Shown: positions 49,857-59,835 of the stretch, piece by piece
Numbering within the stretch: position 1 is the first letter of the stretch
Layout of the letters: each line of letters opens with the position of its first letter
Origin: Mycobacteriales bacterium
GTDB taxonomy: Bacteria > Actinomycetota > Actinomycetes > JAFAQI01
DNA length: 64,000 nucleotides
Assembly (NCBI GenBank): GCA_036268405.1
Contig: DATAUF010000077.1
Span: 17,682-81,681, forward strand
Reading direction: 5' to 3'
Program-made: the position numbers and the translations under genes
Notes under the pieces: model-generated
Told to the model about the DNA's origin: nothing
The model's input: the letters and a program-made list of their open reading frames with translations, nothing else
The model's database searches: none

Positions 49857-51456
49857 CGCCAGGCGCCGGGGCGCGCTCGCGGTAGTCGGGGGAGCGGCAT
49901 TAGCGCTTGCGTTCGCTGCGCCGGGCGATGCGAATGCCTCCCACCGCGCGTCCGTCGCGCGGCGACCGGTCACGATCCCCGCCCTACAACGGTGGAGCCC
50001 GTCGCGCGGCGATTGGCGACTGGGGGCAGGCACCAGGATCGTCGTCCCTCACGAGACACCGGTGACTTTGCGAGCCAGTGTGCAAGAGGCTCAGAAGCTC
50101 GCGCACGATCTCGCGGCGTCCCTCGACGCCCCGATCCCCGTGGTCGTCGATGCGGTGGCCGAGCCCGGGGACATCGAGATGCGCCTTACGGGACCGAGCG
50201 CACGACTTGGGCGCGAGGGCTACCGGCTCGACGTAGGCGGGACGCTCACGATCTCCGCACCGACCGCCACCGGGCTGTTCTACGGCGGCCGGACTGTGCT
50301 TCAGCTGTTGCACCAGAGTCGATCGATCCCGAGCGGAGTGGCGCGCGACTGGCCGCGCTACCCCCAGCGCGGGCTGATGGTCGACGCATCGCGGACGGTC
50401 TACTCGACGTCGTGGGTGCTCCGCGAGATCCGGCGGCTGGCTGCCCTCAAGCTCAACGTCCTGCACCTGCACCTGACCGATGACCAGCGTTGGGCGATCA
50501 CGAGCCGGGCGTTCCCTGACATCGTCGGGTCGCATCCGTTCACCGTCGGCGACATCCACCGGATCCTGCGCCTCGCCCACCGCGATCACGTCACCGTGAT
50601 TCCTGAAATCGAGATGCCGGGCCACATGGCGGCATTCCTGAAGAAGCACCCGGGGCTCATCCTCAAGCCCACCGGACTCGTCCCTCCCTCCACGTCCGCG
50701 ACCTACACGACGGACAAGCTCGACATCACCGCGCCGGCAGCGCTCGCAGCGATGCGGAGGGTCCTCGAGGAGTACCTGCCACTGTTTCCCGGGAAGTACT
50801 GGGACATGGGGACTGATGAGTACCTCAGCCCGGCCGAGTATCCGATCTTCCCGCAGCTCGCGACGTACGCGATCGCGAAGTACGGCGCCGGCGCAACACC
50901 GGCGGACGCGATCCATGGCTTCATCAACTGGGTCGATGGCATCGTTCGCTCACACGGCAAGACGTTGCGGATCTGGAACGACCAGGTCGGCGGAACCGGC
51001 CGGGTGCCGGTCAACCGCGATGTCGTCATCGAGTGGTGGGACTCGTTCTCGCCGTTCGGCGACACCGTCACCGTCTCGCCGGAGACGCTGATCGCCCACG
51101 GCTACCGGGTGTTGAACGCAGGCTGGTACCCGAACTACTACACGTCTGCGATCGGACCGGTTTCCGGCAAGGCAAGCCTGCCCGGCGTCTACACCGGCTG
51201 GCAGGTCAACGAGTTCGACGGCAACGAGTTCGGAAAGCTCGTCAGCAGCATGCAGAAGGTGCCGGCGAGCAGTCCGGGCCTGCTCGGCTCGGCGCTGAGC
51301 ATCTGGGGTCCGCTTGACGAGACGGCTGCACAGACCGCAAGCGGGATCGAGCCGCACCTCGCGGTGCTTGCGCAGAAGACGTGGGGCAGCCCGCCGCCCG
51401 CGACGGCGTACTCGGGATTCACCCGCGATGCACGGCGGGTGGGCCTGCCCTCCTGA
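49828..51456 (+). CDS. secreted glycoside hydrolase family 20 beta-N-acetylhexosaminidase
   Basis: A signal peptide is followed by YPQRGLMVDASR, HLHLTDDQ and IPEIEMPGH. The GTG start overlaps the ldt end by 29 nt, so the start is tentative. Confidence 0.75.
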   Translation: MRRSSSLLTNARRRGALAVVGGAALALAFAAPGDANASHRASVARRPVTIPALQRWSPSRGDWRLGAGTRIVVPHETPVTLRASVQEAQKLAHDLAASLDAPIPVVVDAVAEPGDIEMRLTGPSARLGREGYRLDVGGTLTISAPTATGLFYGGRTVLQLLHQSRSIPSGVARDWPRYPQRGLMVDASRTVYSTSWVLREIRRLAALKLNVLHLHLTDDQRWAITSRAFPDIVGSHPFTVGDIHRILRLAHRDHVTVIPEIEMPGHMAAFLKKHPGLILKPTGLVPPSTSATYTTDKLDITAPAALAAMRRVLEEYLPLFPGKYWDMGTDEYLSPAEYPIFPQLATYAIAKYGAGATPADAIHGFINWVDGIVRSHGKTLRIWNDQVGGTGRVPVNRDVVIEWWDSFSPFGDTVTVSPETLIAHGYRVLNAGWYPNYYTSAIGPVSGKASLPGVYTGWQVNEFDGNEFGKLVSSMQKVPASSPGLLGSALSIWGPLDETAAQTASGIEPHLAVLAQKTWGSPPPATAYSGFTRDARRVGLPS

Positions 51457-51526
51457 TCCGAAAGCCGGGGGCCGGCGACGGGCGTGGCACCTTGCCCCGC
51501 GGCGGGGGGCTCCGGATGATCAGGTT

Positions 51527-52651
51527 GTGGACTACGACTACTTCGCGAATCCTGGGCGGGCGCCCGTGGCGAAGCCGGTCAATGCTCCGCAGCCGTCTCC
51601 GGACGGCCAACCGTCGACGCCGGGCTGGACGCCTCCGCCGGATGACATTGCCACGGTGCTGCCGCAGCAGACCGTGCCTGCCGTGGATATGGGCACGGTG
51701 CTGCCGCAGCAGACCGCACCTTCCGAGCCGCCACGGATCTCGGCCTACGAGCGAACGTTGCTCGCGGGTAGCGCGGCGACGTCGTACGAGCACATGCAGG
51801 ATGCCCCGAGCGCGTACCGTCGCGGCTCCAAGCTCGGTCTCTTCGGCAGCATTCGGGTCGGCTTCCAGCTGATCCCGGTGTGCTGGTCGGTGCTGATGCA
51901 GGAGCTTTCGTTGCTGATCGTCCCGCTGGTCGTGTTGCTGCTCGGCACGCTTTTGCTGCTCGGCTACTCGGCGGGGTTCGGCGGAGTCGATGGACTCGTC
52001 GGCGCCAACAAGGTTGATACCGCCGCGCGGATCTTTCCGATTCTCGTCGTCCTGATGATCCTTAGCGTGGTCGGTCAAGCAGTGATCGTCGCCGCGTCCA
52101 CGGCGATCCTTGACGGCGACCGCAGCTCGCCCGGCACGGCGTGGATGGCTGCACTCAACCAGCTTCCCAAGCTGGCAGGGTTCGGGGTCGTGTACGCCTG
52201 CGAGCGCACGCTCACCGGACTACTCCGCGGACGACGAAGGTGGTCGCCCACGACGATCGCGGCGAACGCCCTTGACCGAGCGTGGGACTTTGCGACGTTC
52301 CTCGCGATCCCGGTCCTGCTCTACGAGAATGTCGGCGTGTTCGAGGCGGTCAAGCGATCGGGCAGGCTCGTTGCGCAGCGCTGGGGCGTACAGCTCACCG
52401 CTCGGTCGGTGCTCGGGTTGGCACTGTTCGTCGCTGCTCTGCCGCTGCTGGTCATCGGCCTGCTCGTTGCAGTCGGGGTATCCGCCGTGCTGGGGATCGT
52501 CCTGATCCTCATTGTCCTGCTTGGCCAGATCGCGTTGGCGGGTGCCCTGACCGGAGTGCTCTCTGCGGCGCTCTACCACTTCGGTACCACCGGGCTGGTC
52601 GCACCGGGCTTCACCGAGGCCGACATGTGGGCGGCCTTCGACCAGAGCTAG
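51527..52651 (+). CDS. integral membrane protein with Pro/Gln-rich N-terminal region (unknown function)
   Basis: About 6 TM helices follow a PQPSPDGQPSTPGWTPPPDD segment. The start is uncertain. Confidence 0.5.
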   Translation: MDYDYFANPGRAPVAKPVNAPQPSPDGQPSTPGWTPPPDDIATVLPQQTVPAVDMGTVLPQQTAPSEPPRISAYERTLLAGSAATSYEHMQDAPSAYRRGSKLGLFGSIRVGFQLIPVCWSVLMQELSLLIVPLVVLLLGTLLLLGYSAGFGGVDGLVGANKVDTAARIFPILVVLMILSVVGQAVIVAASTAILDGDRSSPGTAWMAALNQLPKLAGFGVVYACERTLTGLLRGRRRWSPTTIAANALDRAWDFATFLAIPVLLYENVGVFEAVKRSGRLVAQRWGVQLTARSVLGLALFVAALPLLVIGLLVAVGVSAVLGIVLILIVLLGQIALAGALTGVLSAALYHFGTTGLVAPGFTEADMWAAFDQS

Positions 52652-52691
52652 CGGCAGGAAACCATCGCGCTTCACCGAATCCCAGGGTGTG

Positions 52692-55034
52692 ATGCGGTGG
52701 GTGGCGGGCGGCGCCGCTTCACTGCTGCTCGCCATGGCGGTACCGGCGCTCGGGGCGACGCCAGGCTCGTCCGGCCTCGCGCAGGCGGCAGTCACCTCGG
52801 GAGCGTCCCTCGCCGGCCTGGTGGACACCCGCTCGGGCTCGCTCGGACCGGGCTTCGTGACGGTTGCCGCGGGAGTGCCGTTCGGGATGGTCACACCCGG
52901 CCCCGCCACGACCACCCCGCTCGGCGACGACCCACTCGACTACGTGGGCTACTCCTATCAGGACCCGGAGATCCGGGGCTTCGCGCTTACCCACTTCTCC
53001 GGGGCCGGCATCCACATCGGCGGCGAGCTTCCGGTGATGCCGTCGACCGGCGCAGTCACCAGCCAGCAGCCCAGCAGCTGGGCCAGTCCTTTCACGCACG
53101 TCACCGAGACCGCGCAGCCCGGTTATTACGCGACAACGTTGCTGCGAACCGGCGTGCGCGCGGAGCTCACCTCGACGCTGCGCACCGCTGTCGAGCGCTT
53201 CACCTTCCCGTCGACCTCCCGGGCGAACCTGATCTTCGACGTCACCCGCGACAACGACAGCAACCAGGACGGCGGGACCCAGACCGGCGCCTTCCGGGTC
53301 CTCGGAGATCGAATGGTGCGCGGCGAAGTTCTGGTGCCCGACTCGGGTGGCGTGTCGATCTGGTTCGCCGCGCGGTTCAACCGTCCGTTCGACAGCCACG
53401 GCACCTGGACGGCGAAGGGCATCTCGGCGGGTAACCGATTGGCATCGGGCCGTGGCGCCGGCGGATGGATCAGCTTCGACGCGACCAAGGTGCGTCAGGT
53501 GCAGGCGGACATCGCGCTGAGCTACACCTCCGCCATGGAGGCGGTCCGCAACCTCGGCGCCGACACCGCGGGATCGCCGTCCTTCGACACCGTGCGGGCT
53601 GCGGCGCAACGGGCGTGGAACGCGAGACTGGCAAGCCTCGCCGTAACTGGCGGCACGACACGCAGCCACCGGACGTTCGAGACGAATCTCTATCGCGCGC
53701 TCGAGATGCCGACCACGTTTGACGACGTTGACGGGCGTTACCGCGGATTCGACAACCGGGTGCATCGTGTGACGCCAGGCCATCATCACTACACGGATCT
53801 CTCCCTCTGGGACACCTACCGGACGCAGACGCCGCTGCTCACTCTTGTCGCGCCGAGCGTCGCGCACGACCTTGGAATCTCGCTGCTCGCCGACACCGCG
53901 CAGAACGCCGGAGTCATTCCCCGATGGGTTCGGGGCAACCGCGACTACGGGATCATGGGCGGCGACTCCGGCACGGCCACTCTGGCAACGCTGGTGACCA
54001 GCGGTGCGTTGCGCGGTGCCGATGCACGGCGGGCGTACGTCGACGTCGTCCGGCAGGGCACGGCGTTGCCATCGGTGGCCCCACGTTCGGGCCTCTACAG
54101 CTATTTGAAGCTTGGGTTCATCCCGCTGCAAGTCAGTGACCGAGGTGCCGCCGTGACCCTCGAGTACGCCATCGACGACGCGTCGGTTGCCGCCCTTGCC
54201 AAGCAGTTCCACGACGCCAGGCGACTGTCGGTCTTCCGTCGCCGCTCCGGCTATTGGCGCCATCTTTTCGACGCCAAGGACCGGTTCCTGCGGCCCCGCA
54301 TGGTCGACGGTTCTTGGGCCACGCCGACCAGCCTGGGCGTCACGAAGGTCTTCAACCCGATCTTCGCCGACGGTTGGCAGGAAGGCACCGGCTGGCAGTA
54401 CCTGTGGCTGGTGCCGCAGGATGTGCGGGGTCTGTCGGAGGCCATCGGTCACGGCACGATGTTGAAGCGGCTCGACCGCTTCTTCACGGCGGCATTGGAC
54501 CGACAGGCCGCACCCGTCGTACCCGAAGTACAAGCGGACTCTTCACTGTTCGGCATCGTCTACATCGGCAACCAGTACACGCCGGCAAATGAGACCGACC
54601 TCGAGGCCCCATGGCTCTATGACTGGCTCGGGGAGCCCTGGCGCACCGCTCAGATCGTGCACGCCGAGGCGGGCGTCTACAGCCCGGGGCCACTTGGCCT
54701 GCCCGGCAACGACGACGCCGGCACGATGTCGGCCGGCTACGTCCTCTCGGCCATCGGGATGTACCAGGCACAGCCTGGTTTCGACGCGTGGGAACTCACG
54801 GCACCGATGTTCACATCGGTGAAGATCGGTCACCGCTTCGAGATCGACGCCGCCGGGGCCGGAGCGCTTCACCCCGACATCGCGTCGGCGAGGCTGAACG
54901 GCCACGCGCTCAAGAAGGTCTGGCTGACCGACGAGCAACTACACGGGACGCTCAGCTACAGCATGTCGGCCAGCCGCAGCGCATGGGGAAGCAATCCAGC
55001 GGCGGCGCCACCCAGCCTCAACTCTGCGAGCTGA
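52692..55034 (+). CDS. secreted glycoside hydrolase family 92 (alpha-mannosidase-like)
   Basis: About 780 aa with a signal peptide and GH92-like motifs (HFSGAGI, LYRALEMP, YTDLSLWDTYRT, GNDDAGTMSA). Confidence 0.7.
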   Translation: MRWVAGGAASLLLAMAVPALGATPGSSGLAQAAVTSGASLAGLVDTRSGSLGPGFVTVAAGVPFGMVTPGPATTTPLGDDPLDYVGYSYQDPEIRGFALTHFSGAGIHIGGELPVMPSTGAVTSQQPSSWASPFTHVTETAQPGYYATTLLRTGVRAELTSTLRTAVERFTFPSTSRANLIFDVTRDNDSNQDGGTQTGAFRVLGDRMVRGEVLVPDSGGVSIWFAARFNRPFDSHGTWTAKGISAGNRLASGRGAGGWISFDATKVRQVQADIALSYTSAMEAVRNLGADTAGSPSFDTVRAAAQRAWNARLASLAVTGGTTRSHRTFETNLYRALEMPTTFDDVDGRYRGFDNRVHRVTPGHHHYTDLSLWDTYRTQTPLLTLVAPSVAHDLGISLLADTAQNAGVIPRWVRGNRDYGIMGGDSGTATLATLVTSGALRGADARRAYVDVVRQGTALPSVAPRSGLYSYLKLGFIPLQVSDRGAAVTLEYAIDDASVAALAKQFHDARRLSVFRRRSGYWRHLFDAKDRFLRPRMVDGSWATPTSLGVTKVFNPIFADGWQEGTGWQYLWLVPQDVRGLSEAIGHGTMLKRLDRFFTAALDRQAAPVVPEVQADSSLFGIVYIGNQYTPANETDLEAPWLYDWLGEPWRTAQIVHAEAGVYSPGPLGLPGNDDAGTMSAGYVLSAIGMYQAQPGFDAWELTAPMFTSVKIGHRFEIDAAGAGALHPDIASARLNGHALKKVWLTDEQLHGTLSYSMSASRSAWGSNPAAAPPSLNSAS

Positions 55035-55041
55035 GGGTCGG

Positions 55042-55497
55042 TCAACTTCGAGGCACGTCCCCTCGCCACGCGCCCGTCTCGCTGCCGCGCTTCTCGATGA
55101 ACTGCTTGAAGCGCTTCAGATCGCCCTTGGCGTTCGCGTTGGTCAGGCCGATGGCGTCGCCGACCTTCTCGACAACGCCCTCCGGCTTGGTGTCGATCTG
55201 CAACGCAACCCGGGTGTGCGCGTCGTCCAGCTTGTGGAACGTCACGACTCCCGCGTGCGCCGCACCGTCGACCGAGCGCCACGCGATTCGCTCATCCGGG
55301 TGCTGCTCGGTGATCTCAGCGTCGAACTCGCGCTTGACGCCGCCGATGGAGATCTTCCAGTGCGTCATGGTGTCGGTTTTCTGGCTCACTTCGTCGACGC
55401 CGTCCATGAACTCCGGGTACGACTCGAACTGGGTCCACTGGTTGTAGGCAACCGTGACCGGAACGTCGACCTCAATGGTCTGTGTCATGTCAGTCAT
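55042..55497 (-). CDS. SRPBCC-superfamily (polyketide cyclase/dehydrase-like) protein
   Basis: Fold-typical composition (QWTQFESYPEFMDGV ... WRSVDG). About 150 aa. Confidence 0.7.
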   Translation of the reverse strand: MTDMTQTIEVDVPVTVAYNQWTQFESYPEFMDGVDEVSQKTDTMTHWKISIGGVKREFDAEITEQHPDERIAWRSVDGAAHAGVVTFHKLDDAHTRVALQIDTKPEGVVEKVGDAIGLTNANAKGDLKRFKQFIEKRGSETGAWRGDVPRS

Positions 55498-55559
55498 AGG
55501 CAACTACCTACCCGGGCTCACGCCCGGGTATCCACCCGTCGGACGGGTAAGCCGATTGC

Positions 55560-55949
55560 ATGCCGACCGCATCCTTCGACTTCCGGTTCAGTGCGGCGTA
55601 CCGGCTCGGTGGCCTCCCGTTCGGCGTCACGCCGTGGACGGCTCGCGTCGAGCTCGAGTTCGGTGAGCTGTCCGCGAGGTTTGGTCCTTGGCGTCTCCAG
55701 ACGCCGCTCTCGAACGTCAGGACAGCGCTGGCCACGGGTCCATACGGCTATCTGAAAACGGTCGGGCCACCACATCTTTCTTTCGCGGACCGCGGGCTGA
55801 CCTTCGCGACGAACCGCGACGCGGGGGTGTGCATCCAGTTCGCCGAGCCCGTGCCGGCCATCGATCCGTTCGGCCGGATCCGCCACCCTGCGGTCACCGT
55901 GACGGTGGCCGACATCGAGGGCCTTCAAGCGGCGCTCGCGGCAGGCTAG
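55560..55949 (+). CDS. hypothetical protein (129 aa, no recognised domain)
   Basis: Unbiased composition in a gap between flanking genes. There is no homology evidence. Confidence 0.4.
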   Translation: MPTASFDFRFSAAYRLGGLPFGVTPWTARVELEFGELSARFGPWRLQTPLSNVRTALATGPYGYLKTVGPPHLSFADRGLTFATNRDAGVCIQFAEPVPAIDPFGRIRHPAVTVTVADIEGLQAALAAG

Positions 55950-55974
55950 GGACCGAGACCGTAAGGTCCGGTGC

Positions 55975-56766
55975 ATGCAGAGGGAAGAGCTTGCCGGAAA
56001 GGTGGCCATCGTCACCGGGGGCGCCGGCGGAATCGGCCGCGCCACCGCTCACGCGTTGGTGGCCGAAGGCGCGAGCGTGGTGATCGCAGATATCGATGCG
56101 GAGGCGGGCGAGGCCCTATGCGCAGAGCTGGGTGACGCCGCAGCGTTTCTACGGGCCGACGTCAGCGACCTCGAGGAGGTGCAGGCACTTGTCGACTTCG
56201 CGGTCACCCGCTTCGGCGGGCTGGACATCATGTTCAACAACGCGGGGGTCGGCAGCGCGTTGACTCGACTGCTCGACGACGACCTCTCGGACTTTCACCG
56301 GATCATGAACATCAACCTCTTCGGCGTCATAGCCGGATCGCAGCGCGCGGCTCGCCACATGCGAGACAACGGCGGTGGCGTGATCATCAATAACGCATCG
56401 ATCGCGGCCATCAACGCGGGGGCGGGCATGATCGCGTACCGGTCGTCGAAGGCGGCCATCGCACACGCGACAAAGTGCATGGCGGTCGATCTCGCGCCTT
56501 ACGGGATCCGCGTCAACTGCCTCACGCCGGCCCACATCCGGACCGGGATCACGACCTATGACATGGGTCCGGTGCTGAAGTACATGCAGCCGCTCGAACG
56601 TGAGGCGCAGCCCGAGGACGTGGCGAACGCCGTCGTGTTTCTTGCCAGCGATCGCGCCGCGCAGGTGACCGGCGTGATCCTCCCGATCGACGGCGGCACG
56701 GCCGCCGGCAACTCCATGGCGCAGACCAGGCTGATCATGTCGACCGCCAAGCCGTCGGTGCCGTAG
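55975..56766 (+). CDS. SDR-family oxidoreductase
   Basis: The sequence contains VAIVTGGAGGIGRA ... NNAG ... YRSSKAA ... PIDGG. Confidence 0.85.
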   Translation: MQREELAGKVAIVTGGAGGIGRATAHALVAEGASVVIADIDAEAGEALCAELGDAAAFLRADVSDLEEVQALVDFAVTRFGGLDIMFNNAGVGSALTRLLDDDLSDFHRIMNINLFGVIAGSQRAARHMRDNGGGVIINNASIAAINAGAGMIAYRSSKAAIAHATKCMAVDLAPYGIRVNCLTPAHIRTGITTYDMGPVLKYMQPLEREAQPEDVANAVVFLASDRAAQVTGVILPIDGGTAAGNSMAQTRLIMSTAKPSVP

Positions 56767-56769
56767 CGG

Positions 56770-58038
56770 TCAGCTGATCTCGAGATAGAGCTTCTTCAGG
56801 CCGCGCAGAAAGAAGGTCGGCAGGTAGGCGTACCGGCGGTCATCAGCCGGTCCGTGATGAGCGTCTGAGATCGAGATGTTGTTGGTGCGCTCGATGAATC
56901 GCTCGAGGGTGACCCGGCCCTCTGTGCGGGCGAGTGGTGCGCCCGCACAGGTGTGGATGCCGTGACCGAAGGCGATGTGCTGGCGGGCGTTGGCTCGACG
57001 GATGTCGAAATCGTGAGGGTTCTCGAAGGTCTTGGGATCGCGATTGCAAGCGCCGGGCAGCAACATGACCGTGCCACCGGCGGGGATCTCGACGCCACCC
57101 AAAGTCGTCTTGACGCGAGCCATCCGGAACTGGCTGCGCAATGGGCTTTCGAGGCGCAGCGTCTCCTCGACGAAGTTCGGCACAAGCTCCCGCTCGTCCC
57201 GGACGACCTTCTGCAGGTCCTGGCGCTCACCGAGCATGCGCAGCGCGAAACCGAGCAGCCGGACGGTCGTCTCCTGCCCGCCGACGAAGAGGTTGGCGGC
57301 GATGAGGGCCGCGTCCTTCACTTCCGGTGTCGAGCCGTCGGGGAACACCGCAGTCGCAAGGCCCGTGAGGACATCGTCGCGAGGCTCGCGCCGGCGGTCC
57401 TCGACGTAGGCGGCGAACTGCTCGTAGAGAAACTCCAGCGGCTTGTGTGCCAGCGCGTCGGAGACGGTTGAGAGCTGGTCGCGGAACTTGTCGTGGTCGG
57501 ACTCGGGCACCCCTTCGAGATCCGCGATCACCGTGAGGGTGAACGGCTCCGCGTACTGCGCGATCAGCTCGCAGTTGCCGTCGTCGAGGAACACGTCAAG
57601 CAGTGAGTCGGCGTAGCGCCACATGAACTCTTCGTTGGCGCGTAGCCGCCCGGGGGTGATGAGGCGCATCAACAGGAAGCGCTGATCGGTGTGGTACGGC
57701 GGGTCGAACGAAGGGATCTGGTCGCTGAACGGCAGCTCGTGGCGATGCTTCACGATCAGCTCGGTGATGTCGTCGCCGTCGACCGATTCGGAGAACTTCA
57801 CGAACGGCCCGCTGACCGCGTTGCAGGACGAGTAGGTGCCGGAGGCGGCCTCGTGCTCCGGAAAGGTGGCCGGGTCGCGGTAGATCTCCTTCGCCTCCGC
57901 ATGGCCGGTGACCATGAAGGCGCCGTAGTTCGGCTCCTGCCACACCGGGTTCTGCTCGCGCACCCAGTCGAAGTAGGGATAGGGGTCGGCCTGGATCTCC
58001 GCGTCCTTGAAGAAGTTGACCTGGGAGAACTCCGTCAC
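56770..58038 (-). CDS. cytochrome P450
   Basis: The heme-binding loop FGHGIHTCAGAPLAR is present, with ETLRL (K-helix ExxR) and VGGQETT. The GTG start at 58038 overlaps the upstream gene's stop (GTGA), with a GGGAAGG RBS. Confidence 0.85.
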   Translation of the reverse strand: MTEFSQVNFFKDAEIQADPYPYFDWVREQNPVWQEPNYGAFMVTGHAEAKEIYRDPATFPEHEAASGTYSSCNAVSGPFVKFSESVDGDDITELIVKHRHELPFSDQIPSFDPPYHTDQRFLLMRLITPGRLRANEEFMWRYADSLLDVFLDDGNCELIAQYAEPFTLTVIADLEGVPESDHDKFRDQLSTVSDALAHKPLEFLYEQFAAYVEDRRREPRDDVLTGLATAVFPDGSTPEVKDAALIAANLFVGGQETTVRLLGFALRMLGERQDLQKVVRDERELVPNFVEETLRLESPLRSQFRMARVKTTLGGVEIPAGGTVMLLPGACNRDPKTFENPHDFDIRRANARQHIAFGHGIHTCAGAPLARTEGRVTLERFIERTNNISISDAHHGPADDRRYAYLPTFFLRGLKKLYLEIS

Positions 58039-59789
58039 GAGGCTGCCTTCCCAGTCGCGTGCCGTGCCGCGACGAATCCGAAGATCATGCTGTTGGCGAT
58101 GCTGCCGCCGGGGCCGAGGTAGTGGCGGCCCATGACCGTGGCCGTCGCGTTGCCGGTGGCATAGAGGCCCGCGATCGGCTGGTCTGCCTTGCCGATCACT
58201 CGGGCGTGCTCGTCGGTGATCATTCCGCCACAGGTCCCGACATCGCCGGGGACGACGTCGCACGCGTAGAAGGGCCCTTCCTCGATCGGCTCGATGCACG
58301 GGTTCTTCACCTTGCGATGCGGATCGCCGAGCGCCTTGTTGTACGCCGACTCACCGCGGCCGTACTCCGGGTCCTTGCCGTCGATCGCGTGCCGGTTGAA
58401 CTGCTCGACGGTCTCGACCAGCCCATCAGGATCGATCCCGCACAGCTCAGCGAGCTCGCGCAGCGTCGCCGCCTTCTTGATCTTGCCGCTTTCCAGGACG
58501 GCCTTCGGAAATCGTCCGGGGGAGGAGCGCACGTGGGCGTACCGCTTGCGGTAGCGGTCGTCGAAGATGAGCCAACAGGGCACTGCCTTGCTGGTCCTGT
58601 CACGCTCGTACATCGCCTTGCCGACCTCCATGTAGGAGTTCGACTCGTTCACGAACCGCTTGCCCGCCGCATCGACGTAGATCGTGCGAGGCCGTTGCCG
58701 CGCCTGATCGAGGGTGTTCTGCCCGAACTTGCCGGATCGCGGCGACGGCAGCCACCACGCTTCGTTCATGAAGTCGGTCTTGGCGCCGAGCGCGATCGCG
58801 GTACGAATGGCTTCACCCGTGTCACCCATGTTCGCCATCGACCACTTCGCCTGGTTCGGCTGGTCGCCACTGAACTCCGCGCGCATCTCTCGGTTCTGTG
58901 CGAACCCACCGGTCGACAGCAGCACGCCCTTACGCGCCTGCACGTTGACGACGGCGCCGTCACGGGTCACTCGAACCCCGACGACGCGACCCTGCTCGAC
59001 GATCAGGTCTTCGAGCGGTGCATCGGTCCAGACCATCACGCCCTTGGCCAGTGCGATCTTCAGCACCTGGCCGATGAACGATGCGCCGTTGGTCAGCAGA
59101 TCCTGCCGCCGGACCCTTGCCCAGGTGGTTCGCATCGCGACCCGCGCCGAGGTCACGAATGCCTTGATGCTGCGGTTGTAGTGCGAGAGATAGCGCGCTT
59201 CGTTAGTCATGACAGCGAGGCCGAGGTGCTTGGCCATGCCGAGCTGCACCTTGCCGGACCACTCGCCGAGCTGATGGCCGTCCCAGGGCACCGGCTCGAC
59301 ACCGCGGCCGATGTCGCTACCGCCCTTCGCGTCGGAGTAGTAGTCGCTGTAGCCGGGGCAGTAGACGAACTTGACGCCCTCTGCCTCGAGGAACTCGATC
59401 ATCTCCGGCCCCGCCGTGCAGAACGCGTGCCGACGTTCGTGGGTCGAGGCCGGACCCACCTCGCCGACGACGGCGTCGAAGTAGGCCATTCCGTCCTCAT
59501 AGGAGTCGGCCACCCCGGCGCGCTTCATGACCGCGTTGTTGGGGACCCACGCCATGCCGCCGGACATCGCCGTCGATCCGCCGATCAAAGACTGCTTTTC
59601 GACCACGAGCGCGCTGGCGCCCGCATCCGCGGCAGCGAGCGCGGCGACCATGCCACCGCCGCCGGAACCGACGGCGACGAAGTCGAAGGTGTGGTCCCAT
59701 GCCACGTCCACCGCCTGACACACCACCCTTCGAAGGTGCCGGCTCTTGCCGGCGCTGCTCATCGGATCCAACCAGATTTCATTGACCAT
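58035..59789 (-). CDS. FAD-dependent oxidoreductase (3-ketosteroid-delta1-dehydrogenase / fumarate-reductase flavoprotein-like)
   Basis: FDFVAVGSGGGGMVAALAAADAGASALVVEK (FAD dinucleotide fold) and C-terminal GLYATGN are present. The start is ATG 59789 or ATG 59762. Confidence 0.75.
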   Translation of the reverse strand: MVNEIWLDPMSSAGKSRHLRRVVCQAVDVAWDHTFDFVAVGSGGGGMVAALAAADAGASALVVEKQSLIGGSTAMSGGMAWVPNNAVMKRAGVADSYEDGMAYFDAVVGEVGPASTHERRHAFCTAGPEMIEFLEAEGVKFVYCPGYSDYYSDAKGGSDIGRGVEPVPWDGHQLGEWSGKVQLGMAKHLGLAVMTNEARYLSHYNRSIKAFVTSARVAMRTTWARVRRQDLLTNGASFIGQVLKIALAKGVMVWTDAPLEDLIVEQGRVVGVRVTRDGAVVNVQARKGVLLSTGGFAQNREMRAEFSGDQPNQAKWSMANMGDTGEAIRTAIALGAKTDFMNEAWWLPSPRSGKFGQNTLDQARQRPRTIYVDAAGKRFVNESNSYMEVGKAMYERDRTSKAVPCWLIFDDRYRKRYAHVRSSPGRFPKAVLESGKIKKAATLRELAELCGIDPDGLVETVEQFNRHAIDGKDPEYGRGESAYNKALGDPHRKVKNPCIEPIEEGPFYACDVVPGDVGTCGGMITDEHARVIGKADQPIAGLYATGNATATVMGRHYLGPGGSIANSMIFGFVAARHATGKAAS

Positions 59790-59835
59790 TGCTACGACAC
59801 CGAAGTAATCTCCGGCCACACGCCGAGGAGGCCTG

